NCBI GenBank assembly: GCA_965232845.1
Contig: OZ247428.1
Coordinates: 1,565,543 to 1,629,542 of the forward strand
Direction: 5' to 3'
DNA from: Dehalococcoidia bacterium
GTDB taxonomy: Bacteria > Chloroflexota > Dehalococcoidia > Lucifugimonadales > UBA3495
Length of the DNA stretch: 64,000 nucleotides
Shown in pieces: positions 9,635 to 18,598 of this stretch; positions within the stretch are counted from its first letter, which is position 1, and the number at the start of each line of letters is the position of its first letter. Under the pieces are notes generated by a model. The model ran no database searches. It was not told where the DNA came from and was given only the letters and a program-made list of their open reading frames with translations. The translations under genes were made by a program, and so were the position numbers.

Positions 9635-10894
9635 TTGAATAACTTGGCAACGGGACCCACTTCTCAGGCAAGTGTCTTGGCAAACGTCTTGGACGGCGCG
9701 CATGCAGCAACGCTTGACGCCAGCGAGTCGTTGGCTGCCAGTCGGGAATTGTCCGACGACGAAGCTTACCTGTTTGATGGTAAAGCCTGCCCGCCTGTAG
9801 AGGAACTGTGCGCCCAGGCCTCCCAGATGCGGGATAACGGAAAGGGGAAAATCGTTACCTTCTCCCCTAAAGTGTTCATACCTTTGACCCATCTGTGCCG
9901 GGATTTTTGCGGGTACTGCACTTTCCGGCACAGCCCCGAATCGGCGCCCTCTCTTTACATGACTCCCGAAGAGGTTCTGGAGGTTGCCAGGGCTGGGGAA
10001 CGACTCGGCTGCACCGAAGCCTTGTTCACCCTGGGAGAGAGGCCTGAGCAGAGGTATCCAGAGGCCAGGCAGTGGCTTTCCGACCGAGGCTACGCCACCA
10101 CACTGGAATACCTCACCGAAATGTGCCGGTTGGTAATGGAAGAGACGGACCTAATGCCCCATGCCAACCCGGGTACCATGAGCCGACGGGAGCTGGCGGC
10201 CCTGCAGCCTTTCAACCCGTCCATGGGACTGATGCTCGAAAGTACCAGTCCGCGCCTTTACCAAGAGGGCGGACCCCACGAATTTGCGCCCAGCAAGCGG
10301 CCCAGGGTGCGCTTGCGGACCATGGCGTTGGCCGGAGAATTGGGAATACCTTTCACCACCGGCCTCCTGATTGGGATCGGAGAGACTCGCCGGGAACGTA
10401 TCGACGCTTTCCTGGAAATTCGGTCCTTGCACCGCACCTACGGCCACATTCAGGAAGTCATCGTGCAGAATTTCCGGGCCAAGCCGGCCACACCCATGGA
10501 AGAGGCGGACGATGCATCGGCTGATGAATTGCTCTGGACCGTAGCTGTAGGCCGAATCTTGCTCGGGCCTGCCATGAACCTGCAGGTGCCACCCAATTTG
10601 AGCGCAAGTGACTATCCAGCCTATCTCGACGCAGGAATTAACGATTGGGGCGGCGTATCCCCCCTGACCATCGACTTTGTTAATCCCGAAGCTCCCTGGC
10701 CGGCCCTGCCGGACTTGCAGCGGAATTCCACCGACAAGGGATTTGAACTAAAGCCTCGCCTGCCCGTTTACCCAGAATACTTCATGGGCGCAAGGCAATG
10801 GCTGCCCGAACCCCTTCGAGCCAAGGCGACTTCCCTGGCCGACGAGGACGGTTACGTTAAAGGAGGAATGGAGCGGTATGCCGGAAGAAACTGA
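9635..10894 (+). CDS. cofG: 7,8-didemethyl-8-hydroxy-5-deazariboflavin (FO) synthase subunit CofG, radical SAM
   Basis: Has the CRDFCGYC CxxxCxxC cluster motif after VTFSPKVFIPLT. Followed by cofH with a 17-nt overlap. The start is uncertain (TTG at 9635). Confidence 0.88.
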   Translation: MNNLATGPTSQASVLANVLDGAHAATLDASESLAASRELSDDEAYLFDGKACPPVEELCAQASQMRDNGKGKIVTFSPKVFIPLTHLCRDFCGYCTFRHSPESAPSLYMTPEEVLEVARAGERLGCTEALFTLGERPEQRYPEARQWLSDRGYATTLEYLTEMCRLVMEETDLMPHANPGTMSRRELAALQPFNPSMGLMLESTSPRLYQEGGPHEFAPSKRPRVRLRTMALAGELGIPFTTGLLIGIGETRRERIDAFLEIRSLHRTYGHIQEVIVQNFRAKPATPMEEADDASADELLWTVAVGRILLGPAMNLQVPPNLSASDYPAYLDAGINDWGGVSPLTIDFVNPEAPWPALPDLQRNSTDKGFELKPRLPVYPEYFMGARQWLPEPLRAKATSLADEDGYVKGGMERYAGRN

Positions 10895-12206
10895 TAGCAA
10901 CACCGCCGAGACCACCGCTGCCAACGGCCTGTCGGGCCTGATTGGCCAGCTTGAACCGGAGGTCGCCCACATCCTGGACAACGCCTTGGAAGGCGGGGAC
11001 ATCAGCGTTGAAGACGCTGTCGCTTTGTTTGACACCACGGGCGCCGAGTTTGCCGCCCTGGGAATGGTGGCCGACGAACTCCGCCGCCGCACGGTAGGAG
11101 ACCTGGTTACCTACGTGGTTAACCGAAATATCAACTTTACGAACGTGTGCATAAAACGGTGCGGGTTCTGCGCCTTCAGCCGGGATTTCCGGGAAGAAGA
11201 GGGCTATTTCCTGCCTATTAACGAGATAGTTCGCCGCGCCAAAGAGGCCTGGGACTACGGCGCCACTGAGGTCTGCGTCCAGGCGGGCCTCCCTCCCCAG
11301 ATGGAGGGCGACCTTTACATCAGGCTGTGCGAGGCCATCAAGGAAGAACTGCCCGACATGCACGTCCACGGGTTCTCGCCCGAAGAGGTGCTCTACGGCT
11401 CGGTGCGCTCCCGCTGCACCATCCGTGAGTACTTGGAAGGCCTGCGGGATGCCGGGGTAGGCAGCCTGCCGGGAACCTCGGCAGAAGTTCTCGACCAGGA
11501 ATTGCGAGACCTGATTTCCCCGGGGCGCATCAATGTCGAGCAGTGGAAGGAGGTCATATCGACCGCCCACGAACTTGGTATCCCAACGACTTCCACGGTG
11601 ATGTTCGGCCACGTTGAGACAAACGAACAAATCGCGCGCCACATCGCGCTCCTCAGGGACATGCAGAAGGAAACCGGAGGCTTTACCGAGTTCGTTCCCC
11701 TAAGCTTCGTCAACTCCGAAGCACCAATGTTTTTGAAGGGGCTGGTCGAGGACGTTCGTTCCGGGCCCACGGGTATGGATGTCATAAAAGTGCATGCCAT
11801 TGCCCGTATTATGCTGAACAACTGGATTCCCAACATCCAGGCTTCGTGGGTCAAGGAAGGGAGCCGGATGTCCCAGCTACTCCTGACGACCGGGGTCAAC
11901 GACTTGGGAGGCACCCTCATCAACGAGAGCATTTCTACCTCAGCCGGCGCCCAGCACGGGCAGTTGATGCGCCCTTCCGAATTTCGCCAGATGATTCGCC
12001 AGGCAGGGCGTGTCCCCGCCGAACGTTACACGACCTACGGACTGAAACGCATATACGACCAGGATGATGGACAGGTCGACCCACTTGACCTGGTGGGCGA
12101 TAACGTCGAGGAAATCTTTGGTTCCTACCAACGGTTGGTCAAGCTGGAGACCTACCGGTTCGAGCACCCTCGCCATGCCGCCAATTCGGGCGCTGACACG
12201 CGCTAG
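10878..12206 (+). CDS. cofH: FO synthase subunit CofH, radical SAM
   Basis: 442 aa. The CIKRCGFC radical-SAM motif follows VVNRNINFTNV. Adjacent to cofG and cofD. Confidence 0.9.
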   Translation: MPEETDSNTAETTAANGLSGLIGQLEPEVAHILDNALEGGDISVEDAVALFDTTGAEFAALGMVADELRRRTVGDLVTYVVNRNINFTNVCIKRCGFCAFSRDFREEEGYFLPINEIVRRAKEAWDYGATEVCVQAGLPPQMEGDLYIRLCEAIKEELPDMHVHGFSPEEVLYGSVRSRCTIREYLEGLRDAGVGSLPGTSAEVLDQELRDLISPGRINVEQWKEVISTAHELGIPTTSTVMFGHVETNEQIARHIALLRDMQKETGGFTEFVPLSFVNSEAPMFLKGLVEDVRSGPTGMDVIKVHAIARIMLNNWIPNIQASWVKEGSRMSQLLLTTGVNDLGGTLINESISTSAGAQHGQLMRPSEFRQMIRQAGRVPAERYTTYGLKRIYDQDDGQVDPLDLVGDNVEEIFGSYQRLVKLETYRFEHPRHAANSGADTR

Positions 12207-12227
12207 TTTGTCGGGCTAACCGTCAGT

Positions 12228-13196
12228 ATGTCGCAGTACCAGGGAAACGTACTGGCGCTGGCAGGAGGGGTCGGCGGCGCCAAGCTGGCATTGGGTCTCT
12301 CCCGAATCCTGCCCCCGGACCAGCTAACCATCGTCGTCAACACCGGCGACGACGAGACCTTCCACGGATTGCACGTATCCCCCGATATGGACACGATGTT
12401 ATATACTTTAGCCGGTATTTCCAATCCGGAAACCGGTTGGGGCATCGCGGGCGAGACTTTCCATGCCCTTGGTATGCTAACCAGATATGGTTCCGATACC
12501 TGGTTCAATTTGGGCGACCGGGACCTGGGTACTCACATCAGGAGAACCCAATTGCTGCGGGAAGGGGCATCCCTCTCCGAGGTAACCCGGGAACTCTGCC
12601 AACGCCTGGAGGTCGCTCATCCGATAGTGCCAATGTCTGAGTTGCCGGTCCGGACCTTCCTGAAAACCGACCTTGGCGAATTAGCAATGCAGGAATATTT
12701 CGTCCGGCACCGCAGCGAACCGTCGGTCAGCGGGGTAACCTACCGTGGAGCGGACCAGGCTGGTCCATCAGACGGGTTCGCGAGCGCCCTGGAAAAGGCC
12801 GACCTCGTAGTCATGTGCCCCTCGAACCCCGTGCTGAGCACCGGACCTATCCTGGCCTTGCGGGGTGTTAGGGAAAGGCTGGCAAGAAAGGAAGAAAGCC
12901 GGAAACGCGTGGCAGTAAGTCCTATTATCGGCGGACAGGCGGTGCGTGGTCCCGCAGCCAAGATCATGACAGAATTGGGCTACGAAGCAACTTGCCTGGG
13001 GGTTGCAGGACTTTACCAGGACATCTGCGACGTGTTCCTGATCGATGAACAGGATAAAGGCTTAATTCCTTCCATCGGTGGACTTGGCATGGAACCGGTG
13101 GTGGCTCCGATACTGATGGAAACGGAAGAGGACAAGGTGGCCCTGGCGAGACTCATCCTGGAACTGGGAGGAAGCTCTCAATATGATGGTGGATGA
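12228..13196 (+). CDS. cofD: 2-phospho-L-lactate transferase CofD
   Basis: 322 aa with ALAGGVGGAKLALGL...VVNTGDD...HGL..SPDLDT-like motifs. Confidence 0.88.
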   Translation: MSQYQGNVLALAGGVGGAKLALGLSRILPPDQLTIVVNTGDDETFHGLHVSPDMDTMLYTLAGISNPETGWGIAGETFHALGMLTRYGSDTWFNLGDRDLGTHIRRTQLLREGASLSEVTRELCQRLEVAHPIVPMSELPVRTFLKTDLGELAMQEYFVRHRSEPSVSGVTYRGADQAGPSDGFASALEKADLVVMCPSNPVLSTGPILALRGVRERLARKEESRKRVAVSPIIGGQAVRGPAAKIMTELGYEATCLGVAGLYQDICDVFLIDEQDKGLIPSIGGLGMEPVVAPILMETEEDKVALARLILELGGSSQYDGG

Positions 13197-13908
13197 AAAC
13201 AGCATCATTCCTATAATACCTATGAAACCCCTCGCCGACTGCAAGACGCGCCTTTCGCGCACTTTGACCGCAGAGGAAAGGGGCGACCTGGTTATAGGAA
13301 TGCTTCGCCGGGTTATCATGGCTATCAAAGGTGCCTCAATCGACGTTTTCTGGGTGGTTGGCGGAGACTGGCGAGTTCGCAACCTGACCCGCAATTTCGA
13401 CGGCCTCTGGATTGAAGACTTTGGTCGTAACCTGAACGACACGTTGGACAAGTCCTTTGACCGGGCCTCCCAGCGGGGCTATGGATCCATGTACGTGCCC
13501 GGCGACCTGCCCTTTCTTAAGGCGGCAGATATCACCAGCATGATCCGTTCCGCTGGCCAGGGCAGAAATATTGTCCTCGCACCGGCACGGCGGGACAGCG
13601 GGACCAACAGCATCCTGATTCCCCCCAAGCTCGCCTTCAAACCGGAACTGGGAAACCGAAGCTTCACCAAGCATCTCAGCCAGGCGGGGAAGCTGGGTAT
13701 TTCCGTGGCAATTTGTTACAGCGAAGGATTAGGATTTGACCTGGATATAACCGAAGACCTGGAGTTGTTCCAACAAAAAGAGCCGGGCTTTCTGGAACGC
13801 TTGACTCCCCGCAAGTCTTCGCTCGCGACAGGCGACCTACCCGCTATGCGAGATAATGGTGGCCTGACCAATTTGAGAGAACAAGATGACTTCCTCCGCA
13901 ATCGATAA
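13183..13908 (+). CDS. cofC: 2-phospho-L-lactate (or PEP) guanylyltransferase CofC
   Basis: 241 aa with IIPIIPMKPLADCKTRLS...PGDLPFL motifs. Overlaps the cofD stop by 14 nt. Confidence 0.75.
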   Translation: MMVDENSIIPIIPMKPLADCKTRLSRTLTAEERGDLVIGMLRRVIMAIKGASIDVFWVVGGDWRVRNLTRNFDGLWIEDFGRNLNDTLDKSFDRASQRGYGSMYVPGDLPFLKAADITSMIRSAGQGRNIVLAPARRDSGTNSILIPPKLAFKPELGNRSFTKHLSQAGKLGISVAICYSEGLGFDLDITEDLELFQQKEPGFLERLTPRKSSLATGDLPAMRDNGGLTNLREQDDFLRNR

Positions 13909-13965
13909 CTCCCTTCTTGATCTCTTCCAATCGCCCCGCTCGGCTCTAACGGAGGCTTACCTCGT

Positions 13966-14919
13966 ATGAAACTGGGCTTTCTGTTGCCCACCCGCGGCTT
14001 GCTGCTGTCCGAAGATCGGCCACAAAGCGCCGACCGCATAATCGATCTGGCCTGCCGGGCTGAGGAGGCCGGCCTGGATTCCGTCTGGGTAGGCGACAGC
14101 CTTACGGCAAAGCCTCGCCTAGAGCCCCTGACCGCCCTCGCCGCAGTGGCTGCCCGCACCAGTCGCGTACGACTGGGAACGTCGGTGCTGCTAATGGCCC
14201 TGCGCCATCCGGTGCTCCTGGCCCAAACCCTGGGAACGGTCGACCTGATTTCCAAGGGTAGGCTGATGATAGCTGCCGGTGTAGGCGGGGCCTTCAACGA
14301 AGATCAGCAGGCGGAATGGAGGAGTGCCGGGGTATCGGTTAGGCGCCGGGCCAGCCGAATGGAGGAAATGGTCCAGATAATAAAGGGCCTGGGCCGGGGA
14401 GAAACCATAAACTTCAGCGGCAGGCACTTCGACCTCGAGTCTGTCACGGTCAAGCCCTGGCCCGTTCAGGAGGGAGGCGTACCCATTTACCTGGCATGCC
14501 ACTGGCGAGCGCAGGCACGGGATGCCCAGATAAAGCGCGCTGCCAGGCTCGCTGACGGCCTGATTTCCATTTCAGACACTCCTGAAGAACACGCCAGGCT
14601 TATTGAGGCAGTAAGGGCCGAAGCTGTCGAACTGGGACGTGAACCCGATTCCCTGGACACAGTAATGTATATGACCGTTAACATGGATTCGGATCTCGCC
14701 CGGGCGGAAGCAGAGTCCGAACGGTACCTGCTGGGGTATTACGGCGCCGAAATCTGGGGCGACCGTTGGGGTCCCTTCGGCGGACCCGAGCGGGTCAAGG
14801 AACGGATAGCAGAATATATGGAAGCCGGGGCGGGAACGGTTGTGGTGCGGTTCGCTTCATTCGAACCGGAACAGCAAATGAGCACGTTCCTGGAAAGAGT
14901 GGCGCCCGAGTTTATATAG
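13966..14919 (+). CDS. LLM-class (luciferase-like) F420-dependent oxidoreductase
   Basis: 317 aa with MKLGFLLPTRG...DSVWVGDSL...RLGTSVLL... Sits directly after the cof genes. Confidence 0.75.
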   Translation: MKLGFLLPTRGLLLSEDRPQSADRIIDLACRAEEAGLDSVWVGDSLTAKPRLEPLTALAAVAARTSRVRLGTSVLLMALRHPVLLAQTLGTVDLISKGRLMIAAGVGGAFNEDQQAEWRSAGVSVRRRASRMEEMVQIIKGLGRGETINFSGRHFDLESVTVKPWPVQEGGVPIYLACHWRAQARDAQIKRAARLADGLISISDTPEEHARLIEAVRAEAVELGREPDSLDTVMYMTVNMDSDLARAEAESERYLLGYYGAEIWGDRWGPFGGPERVKERIAEYMEAGAGTVVVRFASFEPEQQMSTFLERVAPEFI

Positions 14920-14988
14920 AGCTTCTACGTGGGCACTACCTTCCTGGAAAGGGAACTTGTTCACAGCATTGCCAACGGAGGAAATTCT

Positions 14989-15762
14989 TTGTATCCCATA
15001 GACCTAAGCGGAAAGAAGGGCATAGTCTTCGGGGTGGCCAACGACCGCAGCATTGCATGGGCCATTGCCCGCATTCTTGGCGAGGCTGGCGCCAAGTTAG
15101 CCCTGACTTACCAGAATGACCGTCTAAAGGACCGGGTAGTGAGCCTGGCCGAGACTGTGGACGGGTCTATTGCCCTGCCCTGTGATGCTTCTGACGACGA
15201 CCAGATCAGGACCGTGTTCGAGGAAGCAGGGAAAGCCTTCGGCGACATTTCCTTCCTGGTCCACAGCATTGCATTCGCTAACCGGGATGACCTTGCCGGC
15301 CGATTCGCCGATACCGACCGCGAGGGATTCAGGGTTGCTCTGGACATAAGCGCATATACCCTGATTCCCCTGGTTAAACACGCCGCCCCTTTGATGAAGG
15401 ACGGTGGCAGCATAATTGCCATGACCTTCGAAGCATCCCAAAAGGTATACCCGGGATACAACGTTATGGGGACCGCCAAGGCCGCGCTCGAACACAGCGT
15501 CCGGCAGTTGGCTTCCGAATTTGGGCAAGACAACATTCGGGTCAATGCTATCTCCGCCGGCCCACTAGACACTCTTGCCGCCAGGGGGATTCATGGGTTC
15601 CTGGACATGAAAAAGATCCACGCGGAAAGGGCTCCGCTGAAGCGCAACATCGTGGTGGACGAAGTTGCCAAGACCGCTTTGTTCCTGTGCAGCGATATGT
15701 CCAGCGGAATCACAGGCTCAATAATTCCGGTGGACGCCGGTTACCACATCATGGCAGTCTAG
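14989..15762 (+). CDS. fabI: enoyl-[acyl-carrier-protein] reductase (NADH) FabI
   Basis: LSGKKGIVFGVANDRSIAWAIA and the YNVMGTAKAALE Y-x6-K catalytic motif. TTG at 14989 with GGAGGAA 5 nt upstream is preferred over the ORF-track GTG at 14929. Confidence 0.9.
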   Translation: MYPIDLSGKKGIVFGVANDRSIAWAIARILGEAGAKLALTYQNDRLKDRVVSLAETVDGSIALPCDASDDDQIRTVFEEAGKAFGDISFLVHSIAFANRDDLAGRFADTDREGFRVALDISAYTLIPLVKHAAPLMKDGGSIIAMTFEASQKVYPGYNVMGTAKAALEHSVRQLASEFGQDNIRVNAISAGPLDTLAARGIHGFLDMKKIHAERAPLKRNIVVDEVAKTALFLCSDMSSGITGSIIPVDAGYHIMAV

Positions 15763-16163
15763 GAATCCCTAACCCTCGAAGATACGAACAGCCGCCATAC
15801 ATAGATTCAGCCCGCCATCAAGCCATGCGGGCTTCCCTATCCCCAGACGCTCTAACAAGGAGCTTGCGGGATCTCCCTTCTCCAAGACCCTGACAACGCC
15901 ACTCTTCAAGAATCTCAGCCCCCTGGAATCTCCCTTTCCTCACAGCACTCTCGTAGCCCACTACGCAGGCTCAAGGTAAAGTGACAAGGCAATAGAAGCA
16001 GCTTGAATTTATGTGGCGCTGTAGTGGCATATGGCTGGTAGCAGGTGGATACTGAAGGCTCTGAGGCCAATGCAAAACAACGGTGCAGTCAATGGAGCAG
16101 GGGGCCGACGCAGGATTGTCGTTACGAGGGTAAGGGGCCGGGCAACCAGGTCCGAAGAACTAT

Positions 16164-16982
16164 CTAGAAGGCTTCCAGGCGCCGTTGGTCGGCCTTTTGC
16201 CGCTCGGCGCGACCCAGCCTTCCGTAAGCTTCCGCCCGATGTTCCCAAGCTTCCCGATACTTGGGGTCCAGCGCTATTGCCTTGGTAAACTGGTCTATGG
16301 CTTCCTGGAATCTTCCCTGATTGAACAGGGTGATGCCCCTTTCAGTCAGGTTGGCCGGCGTAGGAAGTGGCCGGACTGGGGGTGGCTCAACAGGCATAGG
16401 CGGAACAACGACTGCCTGGTCCAGAGGATCGCTCACCGCCTCTTGCGCAAGCACTGGTTCTGAAACTGGTTCCGAGACGGGCTGCTGATCCGACATTCCC
16501 TCGCTCACCGCAGTCTGTACCGTTTCTTCGGCAGGCGCTGTTGCCCCATCTGCTTGAAAAACAGGCGCCACCTCCGGATCCACCACCTGCTCCACCGACT
16601 GGGCTTCGGACGTTTGCTCCAAAGTAACGGCGGCTTCCGCTGCACTTTCCGTTCCATCAGCGGCGGCACGGGAAAGGTCCCAACCACATTGAACGCAGAA
16701 GTTCAGCCCGCCGGTGTCAGGCGCGCCGCAACTGGGACAGGGCATGGAGTCCGCCCCCCTGTTCTTGCGGAACAGAGGACTCCGGAACAGGAGCAGGAAA
16801 ATCAGGGGAGCCATTACCACTGGGCCCAGGAACTGTCGGCTGAAATTCCATGCCAGCGCAATTAGCAGGACCGCCCCCACTCCCCAAAGCCAAGGGTTAA
16901 GGCCCTTGGATCTTGCCAGCCTTGTCGTCCAGAGCACTATGATGCCCAATGAGAGCAGAAGTAAAATATCCTGTGTTTCCAT
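16164..16982 (-). CDS. membrane-anchored zinc-ribbon / TPR protein
   Basis: ORF track 16164..17066; ATG at 16982 (METQDILLLL...) is preferred. Has two N-terminal hydrophobic helices, a CPSCG...CVQCG zinc ribbon, a Pro/Glu-rich linker and a C-terminal TPR (FNQGRFQEAIDQFTKAIALDPKYREAW). Confidence 0.65.
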   Translation of the reverse strand: METQDILLLLSLGIIVLWTTRLARSKGLNPWLWGVGAVLLIALAWNFSRQFLGPVVMAPLIFLLLFRSPLFRKNRGADSMPCPSCGAPDTGGLNFCVQCGWDLSRAAADGTESAAEAAVTLEQTSEAQSVEQVVDPEVAPVFQADGATAPAEETVQTAVSEGMSDQQPVSEPVSEPVLAQEAVSDPLDQAVVVPPMPVEPPPVRPLPTPANLTERGITLFNQGRFQEAIDQFTKAIALDPKYREAWEHRAEAYGRLGRAERQKADQRRLEAF

Positions 16983-17299
16983 ATCCACTAGCTTCGAGAG
17001 CACACCTTGGGTCAACCTGACGTGAAGAGGTATGAAATTTGTTGACTCTCTGTAAAGAATATACACTGAACAGAAAGGGTAGACAATGGCTTAAGGCCCA
17101 TGGAGGTTCAATCTAACCTTTGGAATGCGCCAGGTACCTCGAGTTCTGTTTGACCCAAAGGTACAATGTTGCTATAATTCCGCACTGCCAAAACCCCTTT
17201 GAAAGACCCTCAAGTTGAGCACGACTCAAAGCTGAGACACCACTCTATAACACCCGGACAAGAAACTTTCGGTGGCTACGCCATAAGGAGATTAGAGTT

Positions 17300-18472
17300 A
17301 TGAAACTCACCATTTCTGTATTGAAGGCCGACGTTGGCTCGATTGGTGGACATACCAAACCCTCCCGGAGGATGATTGACGCCACAGAACAGGCAGTGGC
17401 CGACGCCATCAGCAGCGGCCTGTTGATTGACGGTTACGTCGGTCATACCGGCGACGATATCTGCATGACCACCACCCATACTCGCGGCCCCAATGACACC
17501 GAAGTGCACCAGTTTGCGTGGACTACCTTCCTCAAGGCTACCGACATCGCCAGGGAGTACGGCCTTTACGGCGCAGGTCAGGACCTGCTCGCTGATGCCC
17601 CCTCGGGCAATATTCGCGGCGCCGGACCGGCGGTGGCCGAGGTGGAGTTCGATCACGATCCGATTAAGACCAACCCGGTCCGACCGGCAGAATCTTTCTT
17701 TGTACTGGCCGCGGACAAGTGCGGCCCGGGCGCATACAACCTGCCCATGTTCCTTGGCTTTGCTGACCCCATGTATTGTGGCGGCCTGATGCTGCCTCGC
17801 CTGAACCAGGGCTTCACTTTCAATGTTATTGACATGGACAACACCGAGGGAGACAGCATTATTTCCCTCAACGCTCCGGAAGACTACTACAAGTTGGCCG
17901 TTCTGCTCCGCGACAACGAGCGGTTTGGAATCGACTCCATCGTATCCCGTTACTCCGGCGAGATGGCCGCGGCCATTTCTGCCACCCGCCTGCACAATAT
18001 CGCCGGCAGCTACACCGGAAAGGACGATCCGGTTGCGGTTGTGCGGAACCAGGGAATCTTCCCGGCGCCGGAAGAACTGACTTCTCCCTACGCAAAGGCC
18101 CACTTCATTGGCGGTGATGCCCGCGGGTCCCACGTAATGCCGCTGATGCCGGTGCCGATAAACACAGCGGTTACTGGCATGTACTGTTTGCCGCTGGTTT
18201 CCTGCGTTGGCTTCTCCATCGCAGCAGACGGCACATTCTCCGACTCCAACATCGACTTCTTCGACAACCAGTCGTGGGATCACGTGCGCTTGCTGGCCCA
18301 GCAAAAGGCCATTGAAATGCGCTCCCAGGGTTGGTCCGGCGCGGCCATGCTGCCCTACGGAGAGTTGGAATACTCCGGTTTCCGCCAGAGCATAGGCGAC
18401 CTGGTGGACCGGTTTGCCTTCCGCAACGGGCACGGCGCCGAGGTTCCGGAAAAGGCAACCGCCGACGACTAG
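17300..18472 (+). CDS. fbp: fructose-1,6-bisphosphate aldolase/phosphatase (class V, archaeal-type FBPase)
   Basis: 390 aa with MKLTISVLKADVGSIGGHTKPS...HTGDDI...THTRG...GLYGAGQDLL, characteristic of the bifunctional FBPA/P family. AAGGAGA Shine-Dalgarno upstream. Confidence 0.88.
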   Translation: MKLTISVLKADVGSIGGHTKPSRRMIDATEQAVADAISSGLLIDGYVGHTGDDICMTTTHTRGPNDTEVHQFAWTTFLKATDIAREYGLYGAGQDLLADAPSGNIRGAGPAVAEVEFDHDPIKTNPVRPAESFFVLAADKCGPGAYNLPMFLGFADPMYCGGLMLPRLNQGFTFNVIDMDNTEGDSIISLNAPEDYYKLAVLLRDNERFGIDSIVSRYSGEMAAAISATRLHNIAGSYTGKDDPVAVVRNQGIFPAPEELTSPYAKAHFIGGDARGSHVMPLMPVPINTAVTGMYCLPLVSCVGFSIAADGTFSDSNIDFFDNQSWDHVRLLAQQKAIEMRSQGWSGAAMLPYGELEYSGFRQSIGDLVDRFAFRNGHGAEVPEKATADD

Positions 18473-18507
18473 GCTTAAAGACACTCGGCGCTTCCTGGCA
18501 AACTAAT

Positions 18508-18540
18508 GGCCCGGACCAAATGGTCCGGGCCTCTTCATTT
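18508..18540 (+). terminator. rho-independent terminator after fbp
   Basis: Perfect 10-bp stem GGCCCGGACC-aaat-GGTCCGGGCC followed by a T-rich tail tcttcattt. It lies between convergent genes. Confidence 0.7.
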
Positions 18541-18598
18541 ATTGACTATCAGTTGAGTGGCGTTCGAATTGCTTTGAGCCCACCGAAACTGACGGCGC

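Noticed and set aside
15840-16163. A 320-bp gene-free stretch with GGGGCCGACGCAGGATTG (vaguely like a tmRNA 5' end) and ACCAGGTCCGAAG (vaguely SRP-RNA-like).
   Set aside because: The matches are only a few nucleotides and the conserved cores (UUCGAC...GGG for tmRNA, GGAAGCAGCC for SRP RNA) are absent. A full-length RNA would also run into the neighbouring CDS. I treat it as intergenic or 3'-UTR sequence.
17276-18484. A 402-aa minus-strand ORF covers the whole fbp gene. Similar long antisense ORFs occur at 38489-39532 (esterase), 35530-36525 (gcvPA), 57415-58200 (TPP protein), 8184-9002 (ruvB), 10857-11642 (cofH), 42235-42867 (MBL) and 46219-46914 (ABC-2 permease).
   Set aside because: Each lies exactly opposite a gene with strong family motifs. 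Their products are Arg/Gly/Pro-rich with no recognisable motifs and no Shine-Dalgarno. This is typical of shadow ORFs in GC-rich coding DNA.
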